Assembly: GCA_025786725.1 (NCBI GenBank)
Contig: JAHLTZ010000043.1
Location: 1-64,000, forward strand
Origin: Syncephalis fuscata S228
Lineage: Eukaryota > Fungi > Zoopagomycota
Direction: 5' to 3'
Length of the DNA: 64,000 nt
Shown here: piece after piece, positions 1 through 14,800 of the stretch
Numbering within the stretch: the first letter of the stretch is position 1
Layout of the letters: each line of letters starts with the position of its first letter
Notes under the pieces: model-generated
Seen by the model: only the letters and a program-made list of their open reading frames with translations
What the model was told of the DNA's origin: nothing
Databases searched by the model: none
Made by a program: the position numbers and the translations under genes

Positions 1-1081
1 TATTCATACCAAGCTATACCAATTGCTATTTAATTAGGTCTACTTTACTTAAACCTGTTGTCCATTTATCACTAGCTCTATTCTTTATAAAATTCAATTT
101 ATTTTAAATATTTGCATTCAATGAGGCATAATATTATAGCTTCAGTACCGCTACTCCTGTACCTTTTTACCACTTTACTTTAACTGGTACCATTATGCTT
201 TCTAACAACTACACTTTATTATAAGCAACTATGTGTTTGTTGTTAGCTGTACTTGCTCAATATTTTAACTTTGTTTATTTCTTTTACTCATTACTCGCAC
301 ACACACACACGCCACGCATAATACCATTCCCACTACTATTCATAGTATTTTTATTATTTAGTAATACCAATATATTGTAGTAATATAGAATAAGCCAATG
401 GCTAATTGATGAAAGCTATAATGGTAAATAAAGCTTATCATAATATGGATATTGGTCAGGTATTGGTGTATATCATTTATTGTAGAAAAAGACATAAAGT
501 ATTTTGGCAGTCGTTCAGACATAAAACTAAAGTGTAGAATGTTAATAATAGGATTATCAGCAGCATTTGTCAAGGTGTAGTATAGTTGTAAATGTTTACA
601 GCGCAATATCAATCATTTCATGGTTATTGCTACAGTACAATATCGAACCAGGTTCAATATACACAGTAGATAATAAAGCAATCAAATGAATCACAATTAG
701 GCATTAATACAATTAATATTTATTCAAACGTGTGTTTTCTAGTTGATATTGATGTGTGCTATTGCTACTCAAATATTAAAGTATCACCAACTATATACTA
801 TACAATATAGATCATTGATTCATATCTATAGGTATACTGATTATTATTATTATTATTATTATTAATGATAGAGTTAGAAAGCAGTATAAATACAGTAGCA
901 GTATGGCCATGTTTATACTAATATTACAAAGTGTATTTAAATCTAATAATTAGATATACAAATAAAATAACTACTATTTAAATACATAGCACTCGATTAC
1001 ATTTTCAGTATAATAGGAAACAAACAAAATAGTTATATTGTAAAGTCACGTTTATTTCTTCCAATTAAACTGTCTATCGAT

Positions 1082-4000
1082 TTAGATAAACAACTCGACT
1101 GGCATAAGGTTCTCGGCCGAAAAGTAAGAGGCACCAAGATTCTCTTGAGATAAGAAATTATTTGGAAAATCGACTAGATAAATCATAAATTGTTAAATTA
1201 TGCCAATATGAAAACAACTATAACCAATAATGTTGCTACATCAAGTACTTACCCAAATGACCGCGTACCTGTCCAAGTATCTGCTCAGTCTTTTCTTGTG
1301 ACATATTTGGATCGGCAATATGACCACGAAGTATTGTTTTAGGATCAGGTACAAATGCTTTGTATTCCTCCATAGTAGTAACTATAACAATGTTATTATT
1401 ATTATTATTAGTATCAATTATTGTTACAATTCATAAACTTACCCGTATCATCCGGCACCTATTAATATAATATAATAAATCAAATAAGTTAATAGATTAT
1501 AATTATTGGTTACGAAACACTTACACATCGGAATACTTGGCGGAATGATTCAGTATTGAGTGATGAAGTCGACCTCCATAACTGAATAAACGCATCGCTA
1601 CCCGGATCTTCAAGTGCCTTTGCAATCTCGTCCATTGATTTGCCCAGTCCACCGTCTAAAGTGGACTCTGTTGCTAATTCGTTAAAGTTTTCTGGCATAA
1701 TGAAGGTGTACCAAATCACGTAGAATACGCATATCAGCGTGTGGCAATAGACCACAGTGTTCGCGCATTAGCTGCATACGTAGCGTATGGGCAAATCGAC
1801 TGGCTTGCCACTAGATTTAGCACAAACAGCAAATTGTTAGTACTTTTTTGTTTAATAAGCATTTGAATGCACTTACTGGTTGTCCATTCATAGTTATTGG
1901 AACTGTATCCTTATCCTGAATAATAACACAAATTTCCGAATCACGATTACCTTCCATGGATCGATCGTTAATGTTGGCTATAAATATAATATCATAATGA
2001 TTAGTTATTAGATTGTTGTAATAACAGTATTAAAACGTCAGCTTACCCGAACCACATATAACCGTTTCGTCATCGACAATCATTAGCTTTGTATGGATAT
2101 AGGTAAGTTCTGTAACATATTGTCTTCCTTCAGCGATTTGCGTATCAGCTAACTCAACTGCCTGAGCCAATGTGGTATCCAAGGATGGCTGAGCATTGCC
2201 ACCATCAGGGATAACCTCTTCAGGCACTGGTTTAATAACCTCAACAGGTTCTGGATTAGGTTCTGAAGCAAATCCAGCGCCCACAGCTGTTGAACCTACT
2301 CCACTGCTGATGGCTGGATTATCCGCCTGTGATGTACTACCAGCATCAACAGTAGGCATGAGATTTGACAAAATAGTATGCTCAGCTGTTGATGCAGTTG
2401 TTTCAGTTCCTGGCGTATTTGAGTCTGCGGCTGGTGGGCCGCCAAGAACTTCAATTGTAGGGGTAACAGTGGTAGCAGCAGCAGCAGCAGAAGTAGCAGC
2501 AGCGGCAGCCTCGATAGCCCATTGTGCACGAATTGGATCATCAACCTCAGGATTGTAATCAGGGACAATATTTGGTTTTGTTGCATGAATAAGATCGTAA
2601 TTACGTAGACCGTAGAAAGTAATGTAATGATCTGGTTGCAATCCGGCAGCGGCCAAACGAGCATAGATCGAATCGGGGCCACGAGCAATACTTATATATT
2701 GATAGTTCATTACCATACTAGTTACGCAATATATATACATATATATTAGTAAACGCATATATGTTATTCATTATATAATATTTACCGTAATGTATTAGCA
2801 TCCTTTGCATCAACTTCAGCTTCAAAGGCCGGCATCAATGGCATAACAACAATAATACGGAATGGTGTATTTTCCTGAGCAGCTCTTAATACACGATCCA
2901 CAATAGCCTGACAATAACAATAATACCATCAAATATAATTATATTAATACGATGATTATAGATATAAACCAGCAATTACCTGTCCAATACGATTCTTGAT
3001 AGAAAAGTCTGGATCATTTTTAGTTGAAGTCACTAGTATAACAGCCAAATTAGTACGATATCCATATAAGCTAATAATAAATATTAATTTACCAAAGAAC
3101 TGATTCTCGATATAAATAAAATGCTTGGCCGTACTAATCAAGTCGATATAGGCCTTTTGAATCGAAAACTATTTATCCAATGGTAAGTAACAGTATATAA
3201 CTAATTGCAACAACTTACTTCATGTTCGACACCACTGCTCCACATGGCACTGCTGCGTACCACTTGAACCTGACAAGTACCCTTTGACTGGTCTTCATCA
3301 CGAGTACTTACAAATTCGCCTGACGGCATAAGGAACGGAATCGCTTCTTTAACCATACCCTTATCTAGTTTGATAAAATTCCATCGCTCGACGAAATGAC
3401 GACCTACATCGCGTGCAGCCTGGCCTGTAACGCGCATTGATACATCATGCCATGGCATTCGTGGCACATAACGACGATCAATTAGCTGTAGCTGCGGCAT
3501 ATTAACTAAACGATATTAGTCAATAAATGTAAAAATAGCAGATTACTAATATTTACCATTAGAAAAATCCTTTACACGAGGATTGCTGTAGTCTTGTCCT
3601 GGCCAGTATTCATCATTGATAATATCATAATTGGGATCGTAGTCGGTAAGACGATGAGCATGTGTGTCATATCGACTATAAGTAGACAACAATGTTAATA
3701 AACATCAATAGATTAATGAGTAAATTACCCAAAACATAAATCAAGTCCACCAACAAATGCAACTTCATCATCAATAATAACCATTTTCTAAATAAATGTT
3801 ATAGTTAATTAGTTATAATTAACCAATTAATTAGTTAAACACTTTACTTACCTCATGATGCTAATTAATCCACAATAACACATTATTATTAATATTAATT
3901 ATTATTATTATTGTAATTAACCGCTTACTTACCGCCCATAGAAAAGTGCCACCTTTACCGTGATCTGGATGTCGTTGTACTAGAATATTGGGATGTAGAC

Positions 4001-5797
4001 TCTTCAATGCGGTTTTTGTATAGGCCGAGTTGATAGTCAGTGCAAGTGATACTTCTTTGTAAACAACAATATAGATCTTGACGCCTTGTTCAGCTTTACT
4101 TAGTAATAGACGATCCAATCGGTACTTCTGGTGAGTTGCTGGTGGTCGTTTTAAGTACTAATATTGTTGAGCTGATTAATCATAATGGCCGCCATTAATT
4201 ATTATAACTTACAAGTTCAGGACTAAGCCACCAATCTTCAATGTAAACCTTATCGTTTGCCTTTTCAATAGCATCCGCCACTGCTGCAAAATAATCCTCA
4301 CCATCAACATACCACGAAGCTTGGACGTTGGAACGAATCGGAGCAAACGAATTGAATCGATAGCGTTCAACAAAACGTGTCTGTTTCCTTAATGCTTGAG
4401 CGGACATAAGCCATTCGTGCATAATACGTTTATCACCGCCACGGATTTTTAATTTACGGCTTTGATTGGAGAAAATAAGTACGTGGCGTCTTAATGGATT
4501 CCTCGAGTTATCTTCTTTGTACTGAATAGTGAAATTGGGATCACATAGTAGTATATCGGATGGTACGCTATCAGATGCCACCTTACTAACGCCGACGTAT
4601 GAATCACGAATAACTACCCAGCGCTTTTTCCAGTGACGCGTCAGCCATGAAGTCGAGCCTTTACCTTCGTGATATACATCAAGATAGCCTTCCTTGCCCT
4701 TCCAGCCTTGATCAGGAGCAATAGACAGTGCACTAATCTCCAAGAACTCGGCCATTTCATACGTAACATCCACCGATAACTGGCGCATTATTTGCAGTAA
4801 ATAGTCTTCAAATGCTTTACGCCGTTCAGCTGCCACTCGTGCCGACTTCTCATGGTCAAGAAAATGTAGCTTATCCCATGCATAGTCCATATTACTTGGA
4901 AATGATGGTAATACAGGCAATTTCCCTTGTAGATACTTGGCAGTTAAATGTGAATGTAGTTTTACGAAATCAACCATTTTACGATAAATGACCCATTTTA
5001 ACGGACCGTATTTTAACTCAATACGAAAAATGGTATCACCACTACGCCTACGACGTGGATGAAAGTGCAATCCTTGTTCTTCTCCATCAGCCCCAACATT
5101 GCCTGGCTCATTGGCTTGCACGACTGGTAATGACAGCTCACTTTCAAGCAATTCTGATTCTGGCTTAGAGTCGGTAATACCCAGCTATAATAAATATTAT
5201 TGTGATTACGTAGATCAATAAATAAATACACACAATATATTTTATTCAAAATCAACTTACTTCAAGTAACTGGTAAATAATAGTTGGCTATAATAATAAT
5301 AATAACATTCGTTATTTTGTCAATTGTATGATTTACTTAACTGATATACTTACTAATCGATATCCTTTTGAATCACGTTTAATCCAAAGAGCAGGTGCAG
5401 CAGTAGCAGTGGCCATTAAATCAAGTGCTTCTTCTTTACTGGTGGCAACGCGTTTTAATCGAGATTCATCAGCACGTGCCATCAGCTGAGGTACTGCCAC
5501 TGCTTGAGCTGCCTTGCGTAATTTGTCCAACGCTGTACTATTGCTAGTAGAAGACGCGCGCTTGCTAATATCTTCCTCGCCTTGTTGCTGTTCTGCTGAA
5601 GATGAGGCAATAGAAGAACCGGACGTATTTACTTCACCAGGTGCACAGCGACCTGCTGCTGTAGCTGCAGCCACTGAAGCTGCAGTCGTATCTTCAGCCT
5701 CTTTGTTTTTATTCTGAGTCATGTGCTGCATGACAACACGGGCAAAGCCGCCACGCTGCGTGCTTCTGGCTATGGACCACCCCGAGTGATTCATCAT
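1082..5797 (-). CDS. PLD1: Phospholipase D1 (PX-PH-HKD1-HKD2; Spo14/PLD1 family), multi-exon
   Basis: Spliced translation gives a PX-like segment ([23 protein letters not shown]), PH (KEGYL...[12 protein letters not shown]), [21 protein letters not shown]1 [44 protein letters not shown]2 [20 protein letters not shown] and a C-terminal MPVELFI* (stop 1082-1084). Confidence 0.95.
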
Positions 5798-6209
5798 ACT
5801 ATTAGTAGATACTATTAGCTAATAACATCCCTACTTACTACTCATAGTAGCTAAAACCTCTCCGTGGCTATTATGAAACAAAAAGTAGTAGAATGGGAAT
5901 AGAAGCTAAAACACGGCGAATAAAAACAAAAGGTCTTTAGGATATCTGAAATGAAGAGAAGCGGAAAAACTGAACAGAAGAGCGATATAAAGAGAGGAAA
6001 GAGAGTAAAAGCAGTCGATGCATAACTTTGCACAGTAAGCGTACAAAACGAGTTTCCATTCGTGGCATTGACGGGCCGTACGCTGTATTTATTATGAGTA
6101 GTGTCGCTACTATTCTAAAGCGCCGTATCTTCTCCGGCCATTATCGTTATTTGTACAGCGAGACACAAAATTCTATTGACCATAGATAGTAACAATAGTA
6201 GGAATACTA

Positions 6210-8565
6210 ATGGCTACGTCACCAACTGCTTCAAGAGCACCGCGTTCTATGGCACGACACTCAGTCACGTTTGCCCACAGTGGTGACTTTGGTCCACGCC
6301 ATTTAGGCTGTCCTTGTGGTCGTGGGCCTAGTCATGCGTCGTTAGTCCATGACAAGTCGTCCAGTGCTGGGCGTATGAGCGCTCGTTTGACCAGTCTTGG
6401 CCTGGCACCACGTCATTGCAACTTTCGGCAGTGTTTAATGGCCCGTGAAATGCAATTGTCTAATTTACTATCTACGTCTGCATTACGACAACGAACAGCT
6501 GAAATGGTAAATAAAACATAGTCAGTATATTAAATATATTGAATATTAATGATATGCTATACCATAATAGATAGGCACTTGTTATTCAGAGGCTAGTGTT
6601 CAGTGCTTTCCTAGACGAGTTTATACAGGCCAGTTTTCGAGTGATGGGTAAGCTATTACTGATAACTCATAGTATAAATAAATATATATATACTAATACT
6701 AATACTAATACTAATACTAATAGACAAGTGTTTTATACAGCATGTCAAGATATGACTATTCATTTATTTGATGCAAAGGATCCATTAAAGTTAAAACATA
6801 ATAAAATGATTTATGCTTTACATGGTAAGTAATTATTGCTAATAACAATGCTTGATTAATTAGTTTCATCATAGGCAACTGGACAATTACAGATGTTGGT
6901 TTAAGTCCGGATAAGCAACATCTTATTTATTCGTCATTATCACCATTTGCACACTATGTTAATTTAAATTCTGAGGATCCAAGTGAAAATCAAGTTACGC
7001 TTAATTTTAGTGATCGAATGACAAGACCGTTTAGTGTAAGTATTTAATAAGCTATCTAGTAATCTATCTAGCGATCCATCTAATAATAGCGGCTATTAAT
7101 ATTAAATAATAGATCTGGGCTCTTCGGCTATCAGGCGATGGACGAGAAGTTATCGCTGGCACTGGTAATAATTCTATTTGTGGTAAATTGATACATATTA
7201 CTATAAGAACTGAACTGATATTGCTATTGCAGTCTATGATATTAATACACAAAAGGTATTACTTCGACAAGTTGGCCATAGCGATGATGTAAATAGTGTA
7301 TGTTATGCCGATGAATACGCCTCTCATGTCATTTATAGTGGCAGTGATGATTCACTAATTAATGTTTGGTAAGTATTTAATATATCCTAACTAATTATTA
7401 CTGTTATTGTTATTAACTTGCAGATATAACTATACACTGATGACTGTATTAGGGATCGCCGTATTATGTGTAATGGACAAGGAAGATCGGCAGGTGTATT
7501 AGTGGGACACACAGAAGGTATTACCCACGTATCGAGTAAAGGAGATGGCCGATATTGTCTATCAAACGGTAAAGATCAGACAATGAAGCTATGGGATATT
7601 CGGTAAGTAATTTGGCATTATTACGACAATAATTAAACAGTGGAAATATCATTCTTACCAATAATTGTAGTATGATGATGTCTCAATCAGAGCTACAGGA
7701 CTTACCTCGTGTAGATTATCGATGTGACTGGGACTATCGGTAAGTATTAATATAGCAATGTTATTTGGGTTATTTGATCGATATTTCTATTAAGATTCAT
7801 GACATATCCGGGTTCATCTTTTAAACAACATCCTCAGGATCGATCAATTCAAACGTTCCGAGGTCATAGTGTGTTAAGAACACTTATTCGGTGTTATTTC
7901 TCGCCTGCCTTTTCAACCAATCAACAGTGAGTCAATATTATAAATGGATATTTATTATTCATTTGCTAATGATATTCATGTCAATTAATATGATAATGAT
8001 CATTAGATATGTCTATACAGGATCTGAAGATGGTAGAGTGTACATTTACAATCTGGATGGTAGTGAACGTTCTAGATTGGATGTCCATAGAACATTAACG
8101 GGACTGTCAAATAAGAGCCAGCGATTGCAGCATCTATTCAACATGCATACAGATGCGACTGTTGTACGGGATGTAAGTTGGCATCCATCTTTGCCAATTA
8201 TAGCTAGTACAACGTGGTCTGGACCTAATGGTCAAGAGGGCAGCGTAACTATGCAAAAGTTTTTACCATCAGATCGGATGGACAGTTCAAATGGTAAAGA
8301 AGATAATCAGAATGATTCTGTTAGATTTATGGATGTCAACAATGGATACGCCGATAACAATGAGGATGATGATGGCGATGGTGACTATTATTATGGATTT
8401 ACAAGTTATCAAATTACAGATAGCGATGAAAATGAAGATGAAGATGATGGAGAGTTTGATGAAGACGATGATGACTTGGACGAAGACTATGATGAAGATT
8501 TAGATGAAGATTATGATTTAGATGCCGAGCTTGATACTGTTTTTGAATCTAATGATCAAATGTAG
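6210..8565 (+). CDS. DCAF11: DCAF11/WDR23-like WD40 protein (CRL4 substrate receptor) with acidic tail
   Basis: Exons encode VYTGQFSSDG, GHSDDVNSVCYAD, GHTEGITHVSSKGDGRYCLSNGKDQTMKLWDIR, WDYR, FRGHSVLRTLIRCYFSP, YVYTGSEDGRVYIY and VRDVSWHP. All traced introns are GT-AG and in phase. Confidence 0.9.
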
Positions 8566-8874
8566 TGCTACTTTATGGATACTACAGTAATTATGTCATA
8601 TGATATGGCAAGATGTGCATAGGAAAGCTGTTTGTTACCAAGAAATGTCAAATAGTTATATTCAATAAAATTTTTATTATTATCATTTCAAATGTCGTAT
8701 AAATATGTCAATGTTGTTATTTTTAACATTAAATGTACTAATAAAATCGATAAAGTGATCCATTTTATTCTATAGAAGTTATTAATAAAACAAAGATATT
8801 ATAATGGGTTGTAATAAATGTCATTAATTTTTTCTCTTAATCCATTGTAACTCCACATAGTAACAACAGTAATC

Positions 8875-9284
8875 ATGAAGATAAAGCTGGAATTCAGGTG
8901 TGTATTTACACTATAGCAAAGAACTACGCAAACCTATACGATTTATTGGTTAACTCAACTACTAGTGGTGGCATGGAGTTGCTGTTTGACCAACAACGCG
9001 AGATCAGTGTTGAATTGCCTGCAGCAGCCAATGTTGCAACGATGCGCGATTTACTGCCATGGATTCGTGAAGAGCTGTTGAAAGAGCGTCCCGAACTCTT
9101 TATGCAAGGCGATACGGTGTAAGTAGTAGCATGATATATTAAGTATTAAATATTGAGCTATAATAGACGACCAGGTGTTCTAGTGCTTATTAACGAGGTG
9201 GACTGGGAGTTGGAAGGAGAACTCGATTATTTATTATCTGACAATGATCAAATTACCTTTATTTCTACACTACATGGTGGATAG
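8875..9284 (+). CDS. URM1: Ubiquitin-related modifier Urm1, 3 exons
   Basis: MKIKLEFS|GGMELLFD...[15 protein letters not shown]|[38 protein letters not shown]. Confidence 0.97.
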
Positions 9285-10190
9285 TATATTTGCTTATTAG
9301 TAGCAATTTTCAATATAACAATATTAAACATAAATATTTTATTGATGGCTTGTTTATTAGGCATATCTAAAGTCTATCTGCGCTTGTACATGCTTATTGG
9401 CTATTTTATATCGAGTATTATTAAATCTGTAAATGTGTAACCGTAATATAAATAGAGCCATTCAATAGTATTGTTCATTTTAATACAAGTAGAAAACTAG
9501 AATCAATTGGCCATAGCGAGGCTTTAGACGAGACTATTGCTGCTGAAAACCAATCATTTGGTTATTACGCAACTTTACGCGCAGCTATTTTAAACTAAAA
9601 TGTTGTAATCAGGTCTTCACCAGTAATGCGCTATTATAATGCACTAGTCGTTAACTTACATGTTGTTTTGTTATTCTGTTTTTTCTTGGCTAGACCATAA
9701 GCACAACGTAGTATTACTCAATCTTCAATACCTTTGCCAGTCTTATTTTGTTGGCTGACTCATGAGTATAACATGCCTTATTTCTTGACATGGGCTTGTA
9801 GTTTCAGTAAATAAACCATTGCAGTAATAAAACTTTAAATACTGTGCTGATGCAATCAATGGCCAGAGCTTTGTTGATCAGTGTCGAGACTGTGGACATA
9901 CCATTATTAAACTTGCACACAAATGGACACCCTCTCATCATCATTGCTTGGTGGCGATAGCTATAAACTTTGCCTAGAAGGTATACTATACAACAAGAAG
10001 GGGTGTGGTTATACTTTAGATAGTGCGTCATCTATTGCTACAATTTCGAATCAATATTTAATTAATATTGCTCTAATTAGCTCAGCAGTCATGTTGACAA
10101 TTATAGTAATCTGATTATGTGCTATTTTCTAATAATAAAACGTAAATTGTTAATGTTTTCTGTTAAATTATTTATATTTCAACTTTTACT

Positions 10191-11747
10191 ATGTCACAAC
10201 AGCAACAACAGTCGTCGTCTTGTAATCCTCTTGTTTACACCAATAGCGCCTCAATACGCTCGTCTGAAAATCAGTCTATCTCTTCTAACAAGCATTTAGA
10301 CCAATTAGCTTATGAATCCCCAGCAAGTCTTTCCTCAGTACAATTTAGACAACAACAGACAACTCTCGTTCTGTTAGTAGCAATGAAGCTATTAATCGTG
10401 GAAACGATAATATTATCCAGTCTGAAGACACGTCTTCAGTAACTGCACAAACTGAACAGCCAACTGTATTTGTATCCGAGTCTCTTCTATCTATTCTTGC
10501 CGCAATTACCTTTTTTTCAATACTGGGGACGGCGGCCCGAATTGGTCTAATAGCTATGCACACCTATCCCAATGTGCCAGTAGTGCCTGTCGCCTATGCA
10601 CAGGGTGTTGGCTGTTTATTAATGGGTGCTTTTATACAGCTAAAACCCCGTCTGCTCTACAGGTAATTAGTTGAATAGGATATATTATTATATGTGTAGT
10701 ATATTTATATTTATATTTCATATGATGTAGATCAAGTACCCTGTATGTTGGCCTAACCAGTGGCTTATGCGGCTCAATACAACACTCTCTAGCATGATGC
10801 TATTAGTATATCAAGAACTATATAATTGGCCTATTAAAAGCCGTAATTCATTTGATGATGTAAATTCAAGTGTTTTGTTCATTTATTTATCCAACTAAGT
10901 TAGCTGTTTTCATGTTTATTTATTAGGTACTAGCGGGTATTGGTACGCTATGTGTTTGTTTACTAGTTGCCTCTGGTTCATTTGCTCTTGGTCAGACTTG
11001 GGGCCATATGCTTTCGCTACATTTATGGCCTAAACTAACTGATAAAGCAGGCCGAGCTGTTGTACCCCAAACAGAAAGAATGCATTTTTTTCGTTTTAGT
11101 GACTGTAAATGGATAGACGGGATATTTTTAGTATTGGGCCCACTTCTATTCCTAGCTATGGTCTTATCAGGCATTTTCTTTCCTGATAGTCGTACTTATA
11201 CAGTAGCTTGTGCATTTGGGCCATTTGGTAAGCAATTAAAATAATTATTTTAACTGAGTGTTTATAAATATACATTTAGGATCAATATTACGCTACTTTT
11301 TATCTTGGTTAAATTTTTATAATTCTCAATTCCCTTATGGCACATTTATTGCCAATATTCTGGGTACTCTAATACTGGCTGCACTATTTTCGGTGGGTCA
11401 TATCAATTTGGTGCTTTCAACCGTAAGCTGTATGTTTATTGCCGCTTTATCTGATGGTTTTTGTGGTAAGAAATGTCAGTGTATAATAATTAGCACTAAA
11501 AATACATATGCTTTATAGGCTGCCTAACAACTGTATCCACATTTATTGTAAGATTTTTACTTTAATTTATATTACAATGTAATTTATATTATTGTTATTG
11601 TAGGTTGAAATACATTCCTTGCTGCCTATTTATGCCCATCGATATGCGGCTATTACAATAACACTTGGTATATTGATAATGGTTGCTGGTCCAGGTACAT
11701 TATATTGGACGCATGGTCCATTAACGCCGCTATGTCATTTGACATAA
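10191..11747 (+). CDS. FEX1: FEX fluoride exporter (tandem CrcB/Fluc domains); two apparent -1 indels near 10355 and 10780
   Basis: FSILGTAARIGL, LYVGLTSGLCGSI[T]TLSS, FGPFGSILRYFLSWLN..FPYGTFIANILGT and ALSDGFCGCLTTVSTFIVE are the two Fluc repeats. Confidence 0.9.
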
Positions 11748-11841
11748 AGATTTAATAAGCATAATGATAATATATTATTTAAAATTAAAAATCCATTTAT
11801 TAAATAATAAAATAATGCAATAAAAGAAGTACTACGATTGT

Positions 11842-11844
<3 letters not shown>

Positions 11845-11883
<39 letters not shown>
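11845..11883. repeat. (TAA)n microsatellite immediately after the HMG1 stop
   Basis: Direct reading. Confidence 0.9.
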
Positions 11884-11884
<1 letters not shown>

Positions 11885-14800
11885 TAACTACGTAAACAAG
11901 ATCCTGGTACAGGTGATGATGAATTTGTGGTGCTAGGTGTGGCAGCAGTATTAGCCGCCGTTGGTGCTGCTCGATTATGAGCCATATGACTTTTGACCAA
12001 GTGTCCTGCAGCCAAAGCAGCACACAACGACAATTCACCCGCCATAACTGATGCACAAATAATACGCGCCAATTGACGAGCATTATCGCCAGGTAGTGTG
12101 GCATGAGCACCACGTACACCTAGCATATCAAGACAGGCTGCTTGAGCTGGTAGCTGTGTTCCACCACCAATAGTGCCCACTTCAATACACGGCATTGTAC
12201 ACGAAATATGAAGATCTTGTCCATCGTTGACCGCTTGCATTAAGGTGATGCACTGCGAGCTTTCAACGTTTTGTGCTGGATCTTGACCGGTGGCCAAATA
12301 GATCGCGGTAAGTATATTGGAGGCATGGGCATTAAAGCCGCCCACACTACCGGCCATCGCGCTACCAATAAGATTCTTTGACGTATTAGCTTGACAAGGT
12401 CGGCCACTGTTGTTTTAAGCACAGAACGCACAATATCCCCCGATATTGTACACTCAGCCAGTGTAGATTTGCCACGACCTTCGATCCAGTTAACAGCAGC
12501 CGGTTTCTTATCGCTGCATGTATTGCCGCTAATCGAAACAATCTGCATATCTGCATATCGTTCACCCAGTGTCGACAAAGCCTTCTCAACACCTTTAGAA
12601 ATCATATTCATGCCCATAGCATCGCCTGTAGTTGCCTTAAATCGAATAAAGGCCAATCTACCGGCCAACATCACCTTAATGCTGTGAAGACGAGCAAATC
12701 GACTGGTGGAGTTGAATGCATCGAAAGTACGGCAAATCCTTCACCGTTATCAATCCATAGCTTACACTCGGCTGCCTGGGTGATGATGAAAATTCAACCG
12801 CTGGACCACGCGTCATACCATCATTGACTACAACTGTTGTGGCGCTTTTACCACCAGCAGAAATAGCTTTACAGCCACGTGAAGTGGATGCAACAAGACA
12901 GCCTTCCGTCGTGGTCATTGGTATATGATAAAGCTTGCCATCAATACGAATAGGACCAGCTACGCCGATAGGAATAGGCGTGTAGCCAATAACATTCTCA
13001 CAACATTGACCAATAACACGGGCATAGTCATAATGTTGCATTGGTAGATTGCTATTTTCAAGCGTACCAGTAATAGATGCACGAGACGTAACAGCTCGAC
13101 GTATTTTGACAGCTCGTTCAAAATCACCCAAGCGTTTCTCAAGTGCATAGCCAGGCAATTTGTTTGATTGAACAAGCATAATCACTTCTTCGTCGGTAAG
13201 TTCAGATGGCGTTGATGCAAGCAATGCAAGGCATGCTTCTTCAGAACGATTATCATTTGTATCGCCTTGTTTATAAATAGGCGTCTCTGTTTTAGTTGTA
13301 ATGTTATTGATATTTGGTTGTACTACAGCTACTGTAGTCATTACTGTTGATGTAGTAGCAGTATTGTCAGTGCTACTAGCTTTAGATGCCGGTGCGGGTG
13401 TAGACTGTAATAAAGCCTTTTCTTTACTGATTACATCTTCAGTTGGACTGTCTGAAACAATGCTTGAATGAGGATGCTGTTCCTGTCGGCGACGGCCACG
13501 ACGACTATCTCCCGAGTAGAGATACCAGTTGGCCATAAGTGATACAAACAAACCAATAGTAAGTAGTTGTTCATAGGTAGCATTGCGGGCATGTCCACGT
13601 AATGGTCCGCCAAATGAATCAATAATAACTGTCATTAATGTTTCAGCAAAAGAGAACTCTTGATCAATACTGTTAAATATAATGAATTAATATTTGTGTA
13701 CACTAGTTCATCGCTTAAACTTACCGTTGAGCTTCAAATACAATTGGTGTCGTTAATTCAACCACCAAAGGACGTTGTTCATTGCTTTGACGGTAATCGG
13801 CCACCAATGCCATTAATGGTCCATGAATAATAGGATTTTCAGGACGTAGATGACCAGTTACTGCCATGACTACGTTGGATAGATCGATTTCTGCACCTGG
13901 TCGTGGTAAATGGCCGTGGAATGCACTGCAGATATTAAATATATGCATGCCCATAAAAGCAATCATCATAAACAGCTTACATCTAGCTACAACAACACTC
14001 TGTGTAGCATCTGAATTGGTCGATCCAGTAGTGCCGTTCTTTGCATTACGTTCTGATAAAAAGGGACGCAATACATTAAGACGGCGTGTTGTACCATCGA
14101 CAGATGGATGGCGTACATGGCCACTTAAACGGCGACGTGCACTTCTAGCCATAACTGACAATGCTGATGATCCACCGGCTGTAGTAGTAATAGTAGTAGT
14201 AGATGTGTTGGATGAATCGGCTGTATCTGTATCTTGAGCTGTATTACGTGCCTGTTCTCGTTCACGGCGTACCAGATTCAATTCACACTTAAGCGTCAAT
14301 ACCGCAGCAAACACCGTGAATTGAAGTAAACAGTCAAAGGTTAATGTGGCCGCCGATAATACACAGAACTCAGATAAGCCTGGTACACCGGATACAATAC
14401 CGAATACCAGTACGGATATTTCAAATAAGTAGTCGCGTAATACACGGGGCAGCACCTTGTTTAATCCATTAAAGACTTGACGTTCGGCCAATCGTTCCAA
14501 TGGCACGTTATCATCTAACGGCACAGGTGCTAAAATGACGGCTTTGGCTAAGGCATAAGGCTTTTCAAAGCCAACAATGACTACTAAGAATGGAATGGCT
14601 TCGCTGAAGAATAGTAAATCAATACTACAGCCAAGTAGGCCGGTCGTGCACAATGCCATAGAAAAGGCGGCAATGGAGCACATAATAGCGGCCACACCAA
14701 GCGTCCAACGAGATCCAATGCGACGCAGTTTGTAGAATAGCATACCAATGGTTACATGCAGTAATACATAGGCGGTCGATACAACAGTAAGTTCCAGTGT

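Noticed and set aside
638-662. tRNA T-loop-like GGTTCAA
   Set aside because: Only a short imperfect palindrome; no cloverleaf can be built.
2196-2558. Antisense and alternate-frame ORFs overlapping real genes (also e.g. 13866-14237, 20241-20579, 48307-48639)
   Set aside because: Shadows of GC-richer, low-complexity coding exons on the opposite strand.
9800-10114. Short ORFs between URM1 and FEX
   Set aside because: No recognisable motif and no convincing start or splice structure.
12380-12790. Programmed frameshifting or pseudogenisation of HMG-CoA reductase
   Set aside because: Three -1 indels in short runs with no slippery-site pattern. The same error type occurs across many genes and the catalytic motifs are intact.
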